A stretch of DNA of 64,000 nucleotides, taken from contig NC_087251.1 in NCBI RefSeq assembly GCF_037042905.1, positions 36,024,001 to 36,088,000 of the forward strand, given 5' to 3'. The position numbers and the translations under genes were made by a program. This DNA is from Lytechinus pictus. Lineage: Eukaryota. Shown piece after piece: positions 52,060 to 64,000 of this stretch. Below the pieces are notes generated by a model, which saw nothing but the letters and a program-made list of their open reading frames with translations, made no database searches and had not been told where the DNA came from. How positions within the stretch are numbered: the stretch's first letter is position 1; each line of letters opens with the position of its first letter.

Positions 52060-54624
52060 TGACCAAGAGTTTGGAGATTCGTACGATAACCGAACTGGTA
52101 TTCTTTGCTACAGACTATGAAGACAAAAAAAGAGCAAATTGATGTATGATTCTATGTTTCCAGGTCTGCCCCCCTGCCTGATAACTAAACAGTGCTTGAT
52201 ATGATGTCTGGATGTCTACATGTTTTTTTTTTTTTATTATTCATGTACATGCCTGGCAACCACCTGTCCCCCTCCCTCACAGAAGCTCCGGCTAAGGTGA
52301 CAGTCTTCGAAGAAAAATCTGTCCGCAGACACGCATACATGAAATATTAAAGCGGTTATTAAATCTGGAGGGGTGAAGTGAGAGCAGGCAGGAGACATTG
52401 ACCTAACTTTGGTGTTGAGATTCAGTTCGCTAACCAGGAAAACTCAGTCACTGTCCGCATTTCACCTTCAAATCAACCTCATTAACATGTCTTGGCAAGA
52501 ATAAGTGGGGGAAGTGGGAAAAAAGCGGTTAATTTGAGTCGAGTATACCAGCTGATGGCCCCTGCATCACTGTGCATGACAACAATTATCAAGAGTTGCG
52601 TACAGAAACAACACAGAGGAGCGATAAAGGAGAAAGTCAAAGAACTGCAGGATGAAACATGTTATGAATAATTCACTTTTTCTTTATTTCTGTCGTGGAT
52701 AATCAGAAAAACATATTATCGGATAACATGGTCCTTTGGTTATGTTTTGTAGATCTGAAATGGCGTAGTGAACTGTGATTACGGTCAGTGACAGATCCCA
52801 AGAGGCTTGATTAGAGAAAATCAGTACTTATTCACCTCTTTTCAATCTATATTTCTATTTTAGGTGCATTTATTTAATGTTTTCAGTACAATATACATGA
52901 ATGAAATATGTATTTATGTTTAAAATCTGATGGGATATGGATCATCCTCCCATTTTTTTTAAAGTTTGCTTTAATTAACACTAACGCTTCTCCTTGTAAT
53001 TTACAATATGGAACACTTTATTTTATTTTTTTGTCAAGAGAATAGTGTGGCATAATCTAGGATCAGTCTTACAGTCTAAAATAGTGCTTTTCACCATAGA
53101 AACACTGACCAATAAAGAGATTATGTTTATAGGCATTTATTGATTCTACAGGAAGGATGCACGTACAGATATGAACTGATGCATAAATAGATTAGTAAAG
53201 ATTGAATGGTTGACATGAATCGAGACCCAAGGATATGTTCGTTCTAAAAACAAAAATGAAAATCAATAAAGACAAAGTGAGCGAGGGGAAAGAGAGAAAG
53301 AAAAACCAGACAACCTGTAATCTGGTACCATTTCATGTTCAACCTCAATAAGCAGCAAGAATCAATGCTAAATCAGAGGTCAGACTGCAGTCACACGGGT
53401 GACTGTCACTTGTCAGCCGGTAATAAAAGTACACTGACACCGGTCGCCCCCAGTCCAATAGGGGGATGACCCCACCGAACCGGTTGCACAGTGCAGGGAG
53501 GGGACACCCCCAGTCGTCGGCGCTCATCGCACCCTATCAAGGGCCCATTAGAGTGTGACCACAGACCAATCCCCGGCCGCCGGAGACCTAAAGGTTTTAG
53601 AGTCACGACTGGTATAATTAATGAGCATTTGCTTTTGTCGCCGCAAGAGAGGTTGAAACAAATAAGAGGATGACGTGAGGGATGATGAGTGACGACTTTA
53701 GTGACCCATCCTGGTTTATACTCGTCTCATGAGGATGTGTTTGTTAAGGATCATTGGTATGGTGATGAATTGCCAAGTGGGGGCAGTGCACCATCCTTTC
53801 CCATTCCCAATACCAGTAGGCTGTCCCCATCCCTCATCAGTTTAATATAATGTATTGAATATTTTGTAATAACAGAAGTAAGCATTATACATGCTGTCTT
53901 GTAATGAAAAAGGGGCGGGGTACTGCCATTTAAGGTGGACACCATGTAAAAAGGGTAGTGGGTTTTTTCTTTCACAGCTGGAAAATATACATGCATACAG
54001 TAAAAATGGTATTAAACTTGCCTAAATGACGGGATGGGTGTACACTCTTCAACCCATATAAAGGAAATAAACTCAGTATGATTACATGTTTAGGTTCCAT
54101 TTTGATTGGAAGTCCATGTATGAGCATGGCTCCCTCCCCCAGAGATAAAGTGTATCATGAAAGTGCAAATGTAATTTTTTCAAATGTAGTTAAAGGAGAA
54201 CGAAACCTTTGTAACAAGTGGGCTTGTGTGGAAACTTAAAAATAAAAAATAAGATCAAAGGAAGTTTGAGAAAAATCAGACAAAAAAAATGAGAAAATTA
54301 TGAGCGTTTGAATGTTGTGATCACTAATGCTATAGAGATCCTCCCATTAGCAATGCGACAAAGATTTGTGCCCGGGGGCCACTTACATTGACAAGTGGAT
54401 ACCATGCGCGACCAAAAAAGCACGTAAAAAGGATGTCTTTTTCAAGATAGGGCACGTTATGTTCGTAACGTAATAAGGGTGTCAAAAACGCTAAAATAAT
54501 GGGAAAAGGGTATCTATTTTTGCTAGGAAAGCTACGTGTTTAGGGTAAAATTTGTGAGGGTATAAAAAATTAAGACTAAAATGTTTTATAAAGGATGTAC
54601 TTTTGCCCCAAGAGTCAACACTAC

Positions 54625-54918
54625 GGACCGTATTCTGAAGTCAGGTTTAAAGTTGTGGTTTAAGTATGGATAGCCAATTGTTACATAAATCACTAACAGT
54701 AGAGATATCATATTTTAGATCATTTGGCTTTCAAATCATTCGTAATTATCTATGAAGTATAAATAGATGATTGTCTTCACCATTGATGAATCAGGAAAGA
54801 GCACAGTAAACATAAGAAACATACAACTTAATAAAAATTTTGACACTTTTGGCTTTCTATAATTTTAGCACAGAGTTAGACCATGGTCTAAGTTAAACCT
54901 GACTTCAGAATATGGGCC
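54625..54918. mobile_element. Harbinger-like MITE nested in the outer CCCGGGGG element
   Basis: GGACCGTATTCTGAAGTCAGG / CCTGACTTCAGAATATGGGCC; TAC on both flanks. Confidence 0.9.
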
Positions 54919-54985
54919 TACGTGTTTAGAGTACGATTTGCGTGAGGTGAAGGAGGTGGGGCTGTACTTAACCCAATGATGTAGG

Positions 54986-55526
54986 CCCGGGGGGGCCACT
55001 TCCATTCACGAGTGGATACCATGGGGTCTCGAAAAGCACCCTAAACACGTAATTTCCATATTCTGAAAATGCGCCCCTTAACAAGTATTGGCGTGTGAAA
55101 CCCTACCCTTAACAAGTATTGGTAACAAAAGGATACTCTTGGCAAATGTTCCCTGAAATGAACCCCTAAACAAGTACAGGAATGTTTTATTGTTACGGGT
55201 CCTTCGGTCGTCGGCTTTACCTTATTTGGTTTAGTACGACCCCACCTTCTACACCTCGCGCAAATCGGACTCTAAACACGAAGTGTTGGGGCAAAAAGGA
55301 CATCCTTTATAAAACATTTTAATTTTGTTTTATCATTCCCGCGAATTCGACCCTAAACACGTAATTTTCCTAGCGAAATAGATACCCTTTTTTCATTATT
55401 TTTGTGTTTTTGACACCCTTATCACGTTACGTACGTAACGTGCCCTATCGTGAAAAAGACATCCTTTTTACGTGTTTTTTTGGTCACGCATGGTATCCAC
55501 TCGTCAATGTAAGTGGCCCCCCCGGG
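54986..55526. mobile_element. Inner, inverted copy of the same CCCGGGGG family
   Basis: CCCGGG termini and perfect 8-bp TSD GATGTAGG (54978-54985, 55527-55534). Confidence 0.95.
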
Positions 55527-58500
55527 GATGTAGGTAAAGGTAAAACCGACGTCCGTAACATAACAATTGAAATATCGCTGTACTTGTTTAGGGGTTCAAT
55601 TCAGGGAATACTTGCCAATAGTATCGTCTTGTTTCCAATACTTGTTAAGGGTAGGGTTTCACACGCCGATACTTGTTAAGGGGCGCATTTTCGGAATATG
55701 GAAAATACATGCTTAGGGTGCTTTTCGAGACCCCATGATCGCGCATGGTATCCACTCGTCAATGGAAGTGCCCCCCCCCCCCCCCCCCCCCCGGATTTGT
55801 GATGTCACATGTAAACAACTTTCCCTTTGATGGACTTTAAAATGCCCCCAAATATATCTTTTTGCTATTTCTTAAAATATATTGTTTAAAATATACATTA
55901 CATGCCCTCTTATAGAAAGAATACATAATCTACTGATAGTTGTGATAAAAGAGGCAGATTAGGTGAAATATGTATAAAAGTATTGGGAAAGTTGTTCACA
56001 TGTGACATCACACATCTGTGTTGCATTGCCAATATGAGGATCTTCATTACAATAATGATCTATACTTCAAATGCTCATAACTTATTATTTATTCAATTTT
56101 CTCAAACTTTTGTTGATCTATTTCTTAGATTTTTCTGTTTTTGCACAGGCTATCTTGTTCCAAATGTTTCATTTTCCTTTAAGCTCAATCATGTATATCA
56201 TGTATATGATAAGGTAGCATGGTATTTTTACCTGGGTATCAGGTAAAAATAAAACCGATGTAACAATAAGACTCCATTAGACATCATTACTGACGACATT
56301 GTGAGTGGGAGAGAAGGAGAGAGTTATTTTTCTTCATTTTACATACATGATTGTGCTTATGAAATTTCATGAGTCTGTATCTACTCTGTTTTCAAAATTG
56401 TGCCTTTTGGTGTAACTAGAGTATTTATATTATTTCTACTTTCCACACAATTTTTATTTGAGATCTCTTCATGAGCAAGGAATTTATCACATAAAATATT
56501 GTTGCATACGATTTACAAGTCAGAGAGTCGGTATGCCATGTCCCCCTTGGGCAGAATGGGAAGTGTGTCGCTAGAGCAGGTGCATTCAGACAATCCCTCT
56601 GACATAAATGTAACACTCACAAGGAGGCGGCCCGCTTCTGCGCTCATCTTCCTGATGTGTTATAAACCGTAATAATGCCTGCTCCAGATCCTACCAGCAA
56701 TGTGACATGACATTCTTTTCCGATGCATTTGGCAGCGGCGACGATGGCGTCCTTTTATGATGTTAATCGTCTGTTGAACTAGATCTGTTTAGGGGGGTTC
56801 TTGCTTCCAGGTTCGGGAAAATTAGCTGTAATCAGGAGTTTATTGCTCCATTTTCCCCCCTCTACGGCCCCGGCCCATTACAGTTGGTTGTCGAATCCCA
56901 TATTATCCCAGTTTGACCCAATTTCTGCAATCCATTTTAACAGCTTCTGTATTTGTTAGCCGTTTATTGTGTCACTGCATATTAGTAACCTATTTCTTTG
57001 ATAGCATATATAATTTAGGATAATAGTTCCCCTTTCAACATTATAGAAATATCTTTAAAAATGGGTCCCCATGCATGGTTGACCTACTTTTCAATCCTGT
57101 CCCCACTAGATGAAAATATATCCGTGTTATATAATTACATTTTTAATAGAGTTGAAAACATAATTATGTATGCCGCAGGGACTGGTTATCTCTATTTCTC
57201 TCTCTCCAAAATATATATAGCTTGTTTGAAAATTCTGATAATCACTATCCAACTTTATATTAAAACATTTGATAGTTGTAGGTCATCGTAATTTCATCTT
57301 ATTCTTTGGATTTTTGTTTACTTTGGTGATTTATTCATAATAACAGATACTTTGAACAAATACTTGTATGCACATTCATATCTCGTTCTTGATCATGCAT
57401 TAAATATTTGATATCTTTTATTTCACAATTTTCATTTTGTGTTATCGCAAATTACATTTCCTGATATTGTTTAGAGTAGAAATTAATGTTAAGAGTGCGC
57501 CATTCAAAAAACGAAATATTTCTTGAGATTTGGTCCCTGTAGATTTGGTGTGAATTTTATTTTTTAAAAGGACAGCTCCCACCCCCAGTAAAAAAGTACA
57601 GCATTGCCAGTACATTATACATGACAAGTTCAACTTATACTTAGGAGTTGGATCTAAGGAATCTTTTATTACAATGCAAACAACAAGTTTGCGCTACCTA
57701 TGTTTGCTGTCTGGGAGATACTTGACAGTAAATTGATATTGGATAGAATATTATTTGATTATAATAATTGGAAGATCAAGGCGTCTTCTTTACAGTAGTG
57801 CATTTACCCTGGTGTTATGATCAATTTCAAAAATCGAAACCTTTGGGTAAATAGATTAGAAAGAAGCTATATATGCGTAGATTCAGTCAATATATTTGCA
57901 CTTGTTACTTTGCGTGTTTGTTAATCCTGTAGCACGGTTGGCCTGGCAGGCATGAGTATCCATTTCGGCGTTGGTGTACTTTGAGTATTCTTGGATTTCA
58001 CGCCACCTTGAACATGACCGCACTTTCCGCGATTTACTCCTTGTCTCCTTTGTACGGAGTCATGTGCGTGTCTTAGCTCCTTTGTGCAAAGCAATTAAGA
58101 TGCCATTGTTGGTAGCTTGTCTGTGTATTCACCGTTTCTCTCAGACATTCTATTGATTTGTACTCTCCACGACCAAACCCAAGTCCTTTTCAAATTGACA
58201 TTGACCCCACTGGCTTCTCTTCCACTTTGCCGGTTCGTTGCACTTTCACACTAGGTGAACCTCCGTGCTAGGCTGGGCAGAGCCACGGCACTTTATCCTC
58301 AGCCAAGGTCTCCTTGCTGGCTCGCCGCTGTGCTATTTTTTTCCTCTCTTTTTTAATCACTGTACTCTAATCACTTTATTCATTCGGTGAATGCTGGTTG
58401 CTCCGTGCCAGCTATTGGCAGGAGAAGATGAAGCGTAAACAAGCCGAGTGTGCATGCGGGCAACACCATTTTTCGAGCCCTTCTCCAGTCCATGGTCACC

Positions 58501-60789
58501 GCTGCTATAAGATTCTTTCACCATTCTTCTCAGTTTCCATCTTACGCACGCCTCACCTGATTTGAAAGCTAAAGGCCACATTCTAAAGAAAGTGGCTGCG
58601 TCTTAAATAGCAAAATGAAAGATATCCCTTCGAATCTTTACATCCCTCTCCCCGTAGTTCTTTCTAGTCCCTTTGTTTTGTTATTGCTACAACCAATATT
58701 TTCACCATTACTTTCTGAGCCGCTTCAAGACCTTCTCCGTTTCTATTATGGCAGATATTACGGTGATGTGGTATTGATTTCTTCATCTAGAGTGCACTGC
58801 CTCTTGACCATTAGAGTGAGCTATATTATTAGGAGTACTCGCACTTCATAGCAGTTGAAGGTTAAATTCCCAACACGCTTTCATGTTGGAAAATGAGCAG
58901 AACATTCCCCATCCCCCCCCCCCTTGCTCCAGGCTTCTCTTTACACTCTAACCAGAACTACCCCTATAGTTATAATGGACTTTTCGGTTTCCCCAATAGT
59001 GCATTCACATAGTCTACTTTTTCATGGATTTTTACCCTGCCCCGAGGCTAGTCGAGAGTGAAAGATATTCCGAAACCAATTAATCCACAATTCATTTCTT
59101 TTCATTGCAACCAGTCTCAAACGAGCAGACATTTGCTATTCATTGAATTCGTGAAAAGAGAATAATTTTAATGATGATCACGATACTTTATGAATTGAAC
59201 TTCCCTTTGTGTGATAATTGGTGCATATAAACCCATTAAAGCTTCCAAATGTGTGCAAAAAGTGTGTTCCCCCTTTGCAGAGTTCAGTTAACCCCGCGAC
59301 TTGTAAGAGGGGAGGTGACCCTCATCATCCATAAGCCATATTTTAATTTCCCGGTGATTCCAACAAGCAGATGAGAGTGATACTCATAGATTATTGATCA
59401 GCTGACTGATGTATGGATGGATTGATAGACAGAACGAATGGCATATTGGATAGATAGATAGATGGATGGATGGATAACTAAAGAGAAAGATATGTAAAAG
59501 GAAATCAACATCTGAAACTTGCTCATATTTCAAATATAAAATTCCAGAAAGCACTTCTAAACACCTGGTACATACTTGAAAGGGAATTAATTTTTAGAAA
59601 TCACAAGATTTAGTGGTATTCCCCCAACAAACCTTGTGGGAAAAATTGTCCTGAAACATAGTCTGTACATTTAAAAAATCAGAATGTGTCAATTTCTAGT
59701 TTGTTTGTTTATGGAGTGAGGCTCTTGATACCCTCAAAACAAGATTTTAGATACCACAAGTGAATTTCTGAGAATAGTACTTCTCAGCCAAACCAATATG
59801 ATATGATAAGTGTATCAGTTATTGGGTTTATGACAGTGTTTAGGCTGACTCTGTATTGGTAAAAACTCTTTCAAAATTAATTAATTCACAAGAATATCTA
59901 TCACAATAATTTTTTGTAAGTATATACAGATCTTTATTTGAAATTTTAAAGTAATATTCTCCTTTGTAACCCCCCCCCCCCTCTATCTCTCCCTCTCTCT
60001 CCATGTGTCTCTTTCTATCCCTGGCTATGCACACTATTAGTTACTTTATTTATTATAGCCATTATTCATCCATTATGACCAACAACATAATGGAAATTTG
60101 TGAAATATTAATCAGTATGTACACTGTACAGTGAATAAATGATTAGTCATAAAACAACATGAGTTAATTGCTCATTTTAATGCAACACATATTTAACAAG
60201 AACATAAACTTACAATTAAATTAAATAATTGTGCAAGGAATGTTATGTACATGGCATTCCATGATCCTTCAGAGTGATGTATATTCGATTTGTGGATATG
60301 AATATAAAAAAGTCAAACTGAGCTAATTGGTATTTTCATGAAAGGCTGCTTCATGTAAGTATCATGATCAGTCAAAATAGGTCATGACATTAAAGTTTTT
60401 GTACAATTCCAATATGGTGCAAAAAAAGGGCACTGCTTTGGAAAGGAAAGTGTTTTTTTTTTCTGCAATACTATACCAGTACCATCACAATATCGAGTGA
60501 AAAAAACAATTTTGAAAATGTACTTTTGGTCAGATCTTTTCAAACTTTCGGGTTTTATGCGTTCCTTATTAATAACAATGAATATTGCACTTTTCATTTT
60601 TGAAAAGCATTTCTCTTTTCAAATATAACTTTTTGTAATAATCTTTTCATTGAAATGTTCATATTTTCTCTCTATCAAGCCAGACTTTTATGATATTTCT
60701 TATAGTTTTCAGAATTTGTCTTCATCATGAAAGCAGTTGAAACCTGTTGAATAACCCTGCTTTGTTTTTGTTTTCATTCCCATTTACAG

Positions 60790-60888
60790 TGTCGAGCCTT
60801 GAGGAAACGGCTTTCATTAGCAGAGAAATCCAAAGATAGACAAGTAGAAGAACTAAAAAATGCACAACATACCATTACTCAAATGAAG
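60790..60888 (+). CDS. PPP1R21: Next coding exon of PPP1R21 orthologue
   Basis: Acceptor ttttcattcccatttacag| and donor AAG|gtaagt; 99 nt, phase 0/0. Translates CRALRKRLSLAEKSKDRQVEELKNAQHTITQMK, directly continuing the previous exon as in vertebrate ...HFYAE/CRALSKRLALAEKSKEALTEEMK. Too short to appear in the ORF track. Confidence 0.9.
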
Positions 60889-62526
60889 GTAAGTAAATGA
60901 TGTGAAAAATTATAGAAATAGGTGCATCATTTCAACGATCGTGATTGATAAAAATGCATCACATGACATTCAATTTTCTCCTTGCATCGCTCTGCATTGC
61001 AAGAAGGTGTGCAACGAAAATTGATATTACACGCTCCAGCCGTCAGCCCTTCATGGCAGAGTAGGAAACCACCAATAATGTATTGGAAACACCCTTTTTA
61101 GACTCCAGTTTTGAGTGTTTCCATCTTATAAAACAAATAATGCACTTGCGCAGATGTGTGAAAAAGTCAATAAGGTGAAAGCTCGGTCCCTGCAGATAGT
61201 GCGCACTGTACACTCATCAGCTTGTGCAAAGTGTCACGCCTATTATGATATCAATGATCTTTAATTTTTCAGCAAGGAGAATATGTGAGCATTCAAATAC
61301 AAATTTCAGCAAAGAAACACAAATGATTGTCTTGTAACACTGATAGTGCAGAAGAGAATCAATTCTTCCCTTTTTATACAACCCTTTTGACTCTACTATG
61401 TTCAAAATTGATTTGTGCGTGCATCACTGGAGATTTGATTTTTCTCTGCATTCCAATGGATTTTGAGGGCCAAGTGTAAACTTAGTACAATGTAAAAATA
61501 AATATTTGAAAATCAAACTTGAGGATGGTAGACAATTTATGCCCAAAATTTAGAAATAAGTCCACAGCAAAGATGGGCTATTCCTGTCCAGTGCGTATAT
61601 CATTTTAGCCTCAATATGTTATTCCAAAATGGATTAGATGATGAATTTTAATACCTAAAATTGGTGGTCCACTCGCTGTACTCCCTCATAAGCAGCAATC
61701 ATCCTCTGAATATAATTTTTTTTTAAATATATTTTTCTGCCTCATGCCTGGTTTAAAAAGTCTTCATTTCATAACATGTTTGTTTCTTTATGAGTTCTTT
61801 TTTTGTAAACCTATTCTTTGTAAATATATATGCTATCATTGTGATGGTTGATATTTTCAAGTCAATACTTCTCATGCTCTTTAAATACATCAATAGAAAC
61901 ATATGGAGGTTGCTCATGTATTGATTTCATCGATGGAGATACAATGTAGGGTCCATGGGTATATGCGAAGAACGACTTGTAATCTTATCCATATTTAGGA
62001 CATAATTCTCTGCATTTTGGCTTTTAGAATCTTGCATTAAATTCTTGAGTGGGAGTTGTTATTCCCAAGATGACAGGCTTTCTTTTATTCCTGATGGAAA
62101 GATTTGATTTTGCTTGAGATAATCGCCTCAAATTGGGTCACCTGATCTGACAACTCCTGCATATCTCTCTCCCCCACAGCTTATTTACAATTCCAATTAC
62201 AAATCAAATCATTTGTAGCATCACAATAAATACTGAATGATAATAATTTGACTGAAAAAGCACCAAATCCACTCTTTAGGGTGCTCTAAGCAGGTAACAA
62301 CTAAAAAGATGGCTAAAATGTTTATTGCCATGTAAAGAGATGAAAGATGCCCACAAATTTAAATTAATTGTTTGAACGTGATTGATGCAACACAACACCA
62401 CACCCTGAAAATTACACCCTAAAATGTGAACATAATGTCGAAGACTGTGAAAGAAACAACCAAAGGTGCTGTAATAGCACCCTTGGGTGTTGAACAAACA
62501 CTGTCAATTTATCACTGGAGTAAATT

Positions 62527-62928
62527 GGTTTATTTCCAATAGGTCCAATGCCAATTCGTCTAATTACCAATTCGTCATCATCAATTCGTCCACTATCCAC
62601 ATGGTCTAATCGCCATTTCGTCCACTCACCATTTCGTCTGATAACCAGTTGGTCCAATAGCCATTTAGTCCATAAACCATTTCGTCTAATTGGATAATTA
62701 TTAATTGGGCGAAATGAATGAAAGAAAATGGGTATTAGACCAACAGTTAGTAGACGATATGGTCATAGATAAACTGGTGATTAGACAAAGTGATTATTGG
62801 ACCAAATGATTATTGGACGAAATGGTTGTCAGACGAATTGTTGATAGACGGAAAGGCATTAGACTAAGAATGAAGGTAGACCATGTGATGAGTGGACGAG
62901 TTGGCAATAGACGAATCGGCAGTTTACC
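62527..62928. mobile_element. MULE-like MITE with (TTCGTCTA/TAGACGAA)n subterminal repeats
   Basis: GG...CC ends and 9-bp flanks GAGTAAATT / AAGTAAATT (8/9 match). Confidence 0.75.
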
Positions 62929-64000
62929 AAGTAAATTGACTGGTGTGGTCCTTAATGTATATGAAAAAAACAATTCTGATTGGCTCCCGATCAGTGTTTT
63001 GAATAACATGCATAAAGCAACATTGATCTTGATTGGATTTTGCATTTACTGAGTAATTATATAATTATGCCAGTTCTTCTGGCTCAACCACAACGTAGAA
63101 AATAAGAAAACGGAATTGGGTCATATGATTGGCTGCATTTATTTTTGCCCTTGGTTACATCCTCAGTTTTTATTCTTCAACAGCCCTCTTTCAATCTAAT
63201 TTAACCTGAATATGGAAAATCATTATTTTGGTAGCTCAAGGGATGTACTTGACCAATCATTTGATTTGCTAGTAGAGGTTTCAAATTTAAATTAGATCTT
63301 AGGCCCCAAATCTGACATGGATCTGATACAGTTCATCATGGTAGATGTTATTGGAGTGGTGAAACAGGAGCAAGGGAGATGATGTAAATAGGAAGGTAGA
63401 GAAGAGGAAAGCCAAATTTCAGGATGGAACACTAGAAAATTAATCATTATTTAAAAAGAAAATACTAGACCTAATGATGGCTAATAATTAGTGCATTATG
63501 CTTCATTTTATTTTAGGAAGTAAATCATGGACACCAGCCCCCCCCCCAAAAAAAAAAAATGAATGAATGAATTGGTAATTAAGTAAGGTTCATGAATGAT
63601 ATGAATCAACAAACATATCAGGCTAATGAGTTTGTAAATAGATTAATGGATAGATGAATAAATAAATGAAGAATTGATATAGAATTAACAAAAGTGCATC
63701 TAGATTCTAGGATGCATACATATTGACCGACTTTGAAATAATAAAAAAGAAAAACATAACATAAACTTATGATCATCAGATAATAGACCCCAAGTATTTT
63801 ATTTTGATTAACCTTCTGTGAAAATTACTTTTGTGATGCATTGTGATTTGTTCATAACCTGTGCTTTTTGGCTATTTTATCCATGCTGTGAAAATTTGAT
63901 TTTTTAAAATTCTCCATCATTAAATCAAGACCGAAGGATAATCGAAGTGGAGGTCTGTATTTCAGAAAATATAATAGAATCTATAGCATGGAAAGGTAAA

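Larger units (their letters stand above)
54371..55793. mobile_element. CCCGGGGG-terminal DNA element (outer copy), 8-bp TSD
   Basis: CCCGGGGGCCACTTACATTGAC ... GTCAATGGAAGTGC(n)G; GATTTGTG at 54363-54370 and 55794-55801. Confidence 0.9.
54194..56178. mobile_element. Kolobok-type MITE (family of 49348-49933) split by nested insertions
   Basis: TTAA|AGGAGAACGAAAC ... GTTTCATTTTCCT|TTAA; the two halves rejoin at GATTTGTG. Confidence 0.9.
1674..60789 (+). other. ~59.1-kb GT-AG intron of PPP1R21
   Basis: The two flanking exons encode contiguous protein with no missing residues, so no constitutive coding exon is needed in between. Confidence 0.85.

Noticed and set aside
62412..63052. Overlapping ~80-aa ORFs with repetitive peptides
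   Set aside because: Translations of MITE subterminal repeats.
60889..64000. Next PPP1R21 exon (expected DEL..T..YE.QL)
   Set aside because: No matching spliceable frame found; it presumably lies beyond the window.

Overview
AT-rich animal genomic DNA with no long ORF. The repeat repertoire (TTAA-flanked MITEs, a tRNA-derived SINE, poly-G/C-ended elements) resembles an invertebrate deuterostome, probably a sea urchin; this is an inference. The window holds two consecutive + strand coding exons of a PPP1R21 orthologue (1521-1673 and 60790-60888), separated by one ~59.1-kb intron. The intron is a mosaic of non-autonomous DNA transposons with recognisable TIRs and TSDs, decayed LINE/SINE fragments and unique CpG-retaining islands that look cis-regulatory. 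The most unusual object is an 8.15-kb CACTA/EnSpm-type element (7925-16078) with no recognisable transposase. It carries a housekeeping-type promoter and an apparently spliced, non-coding antisense unit built from an exonised RTE-LINE tail and triplicated 80-nt exons. There are also nested MITE stacks, including a self-insertion. Most ORFs in the supplied track look spurious. All family assignments come from terminal motifs and recalled consensus features, not from database searches.
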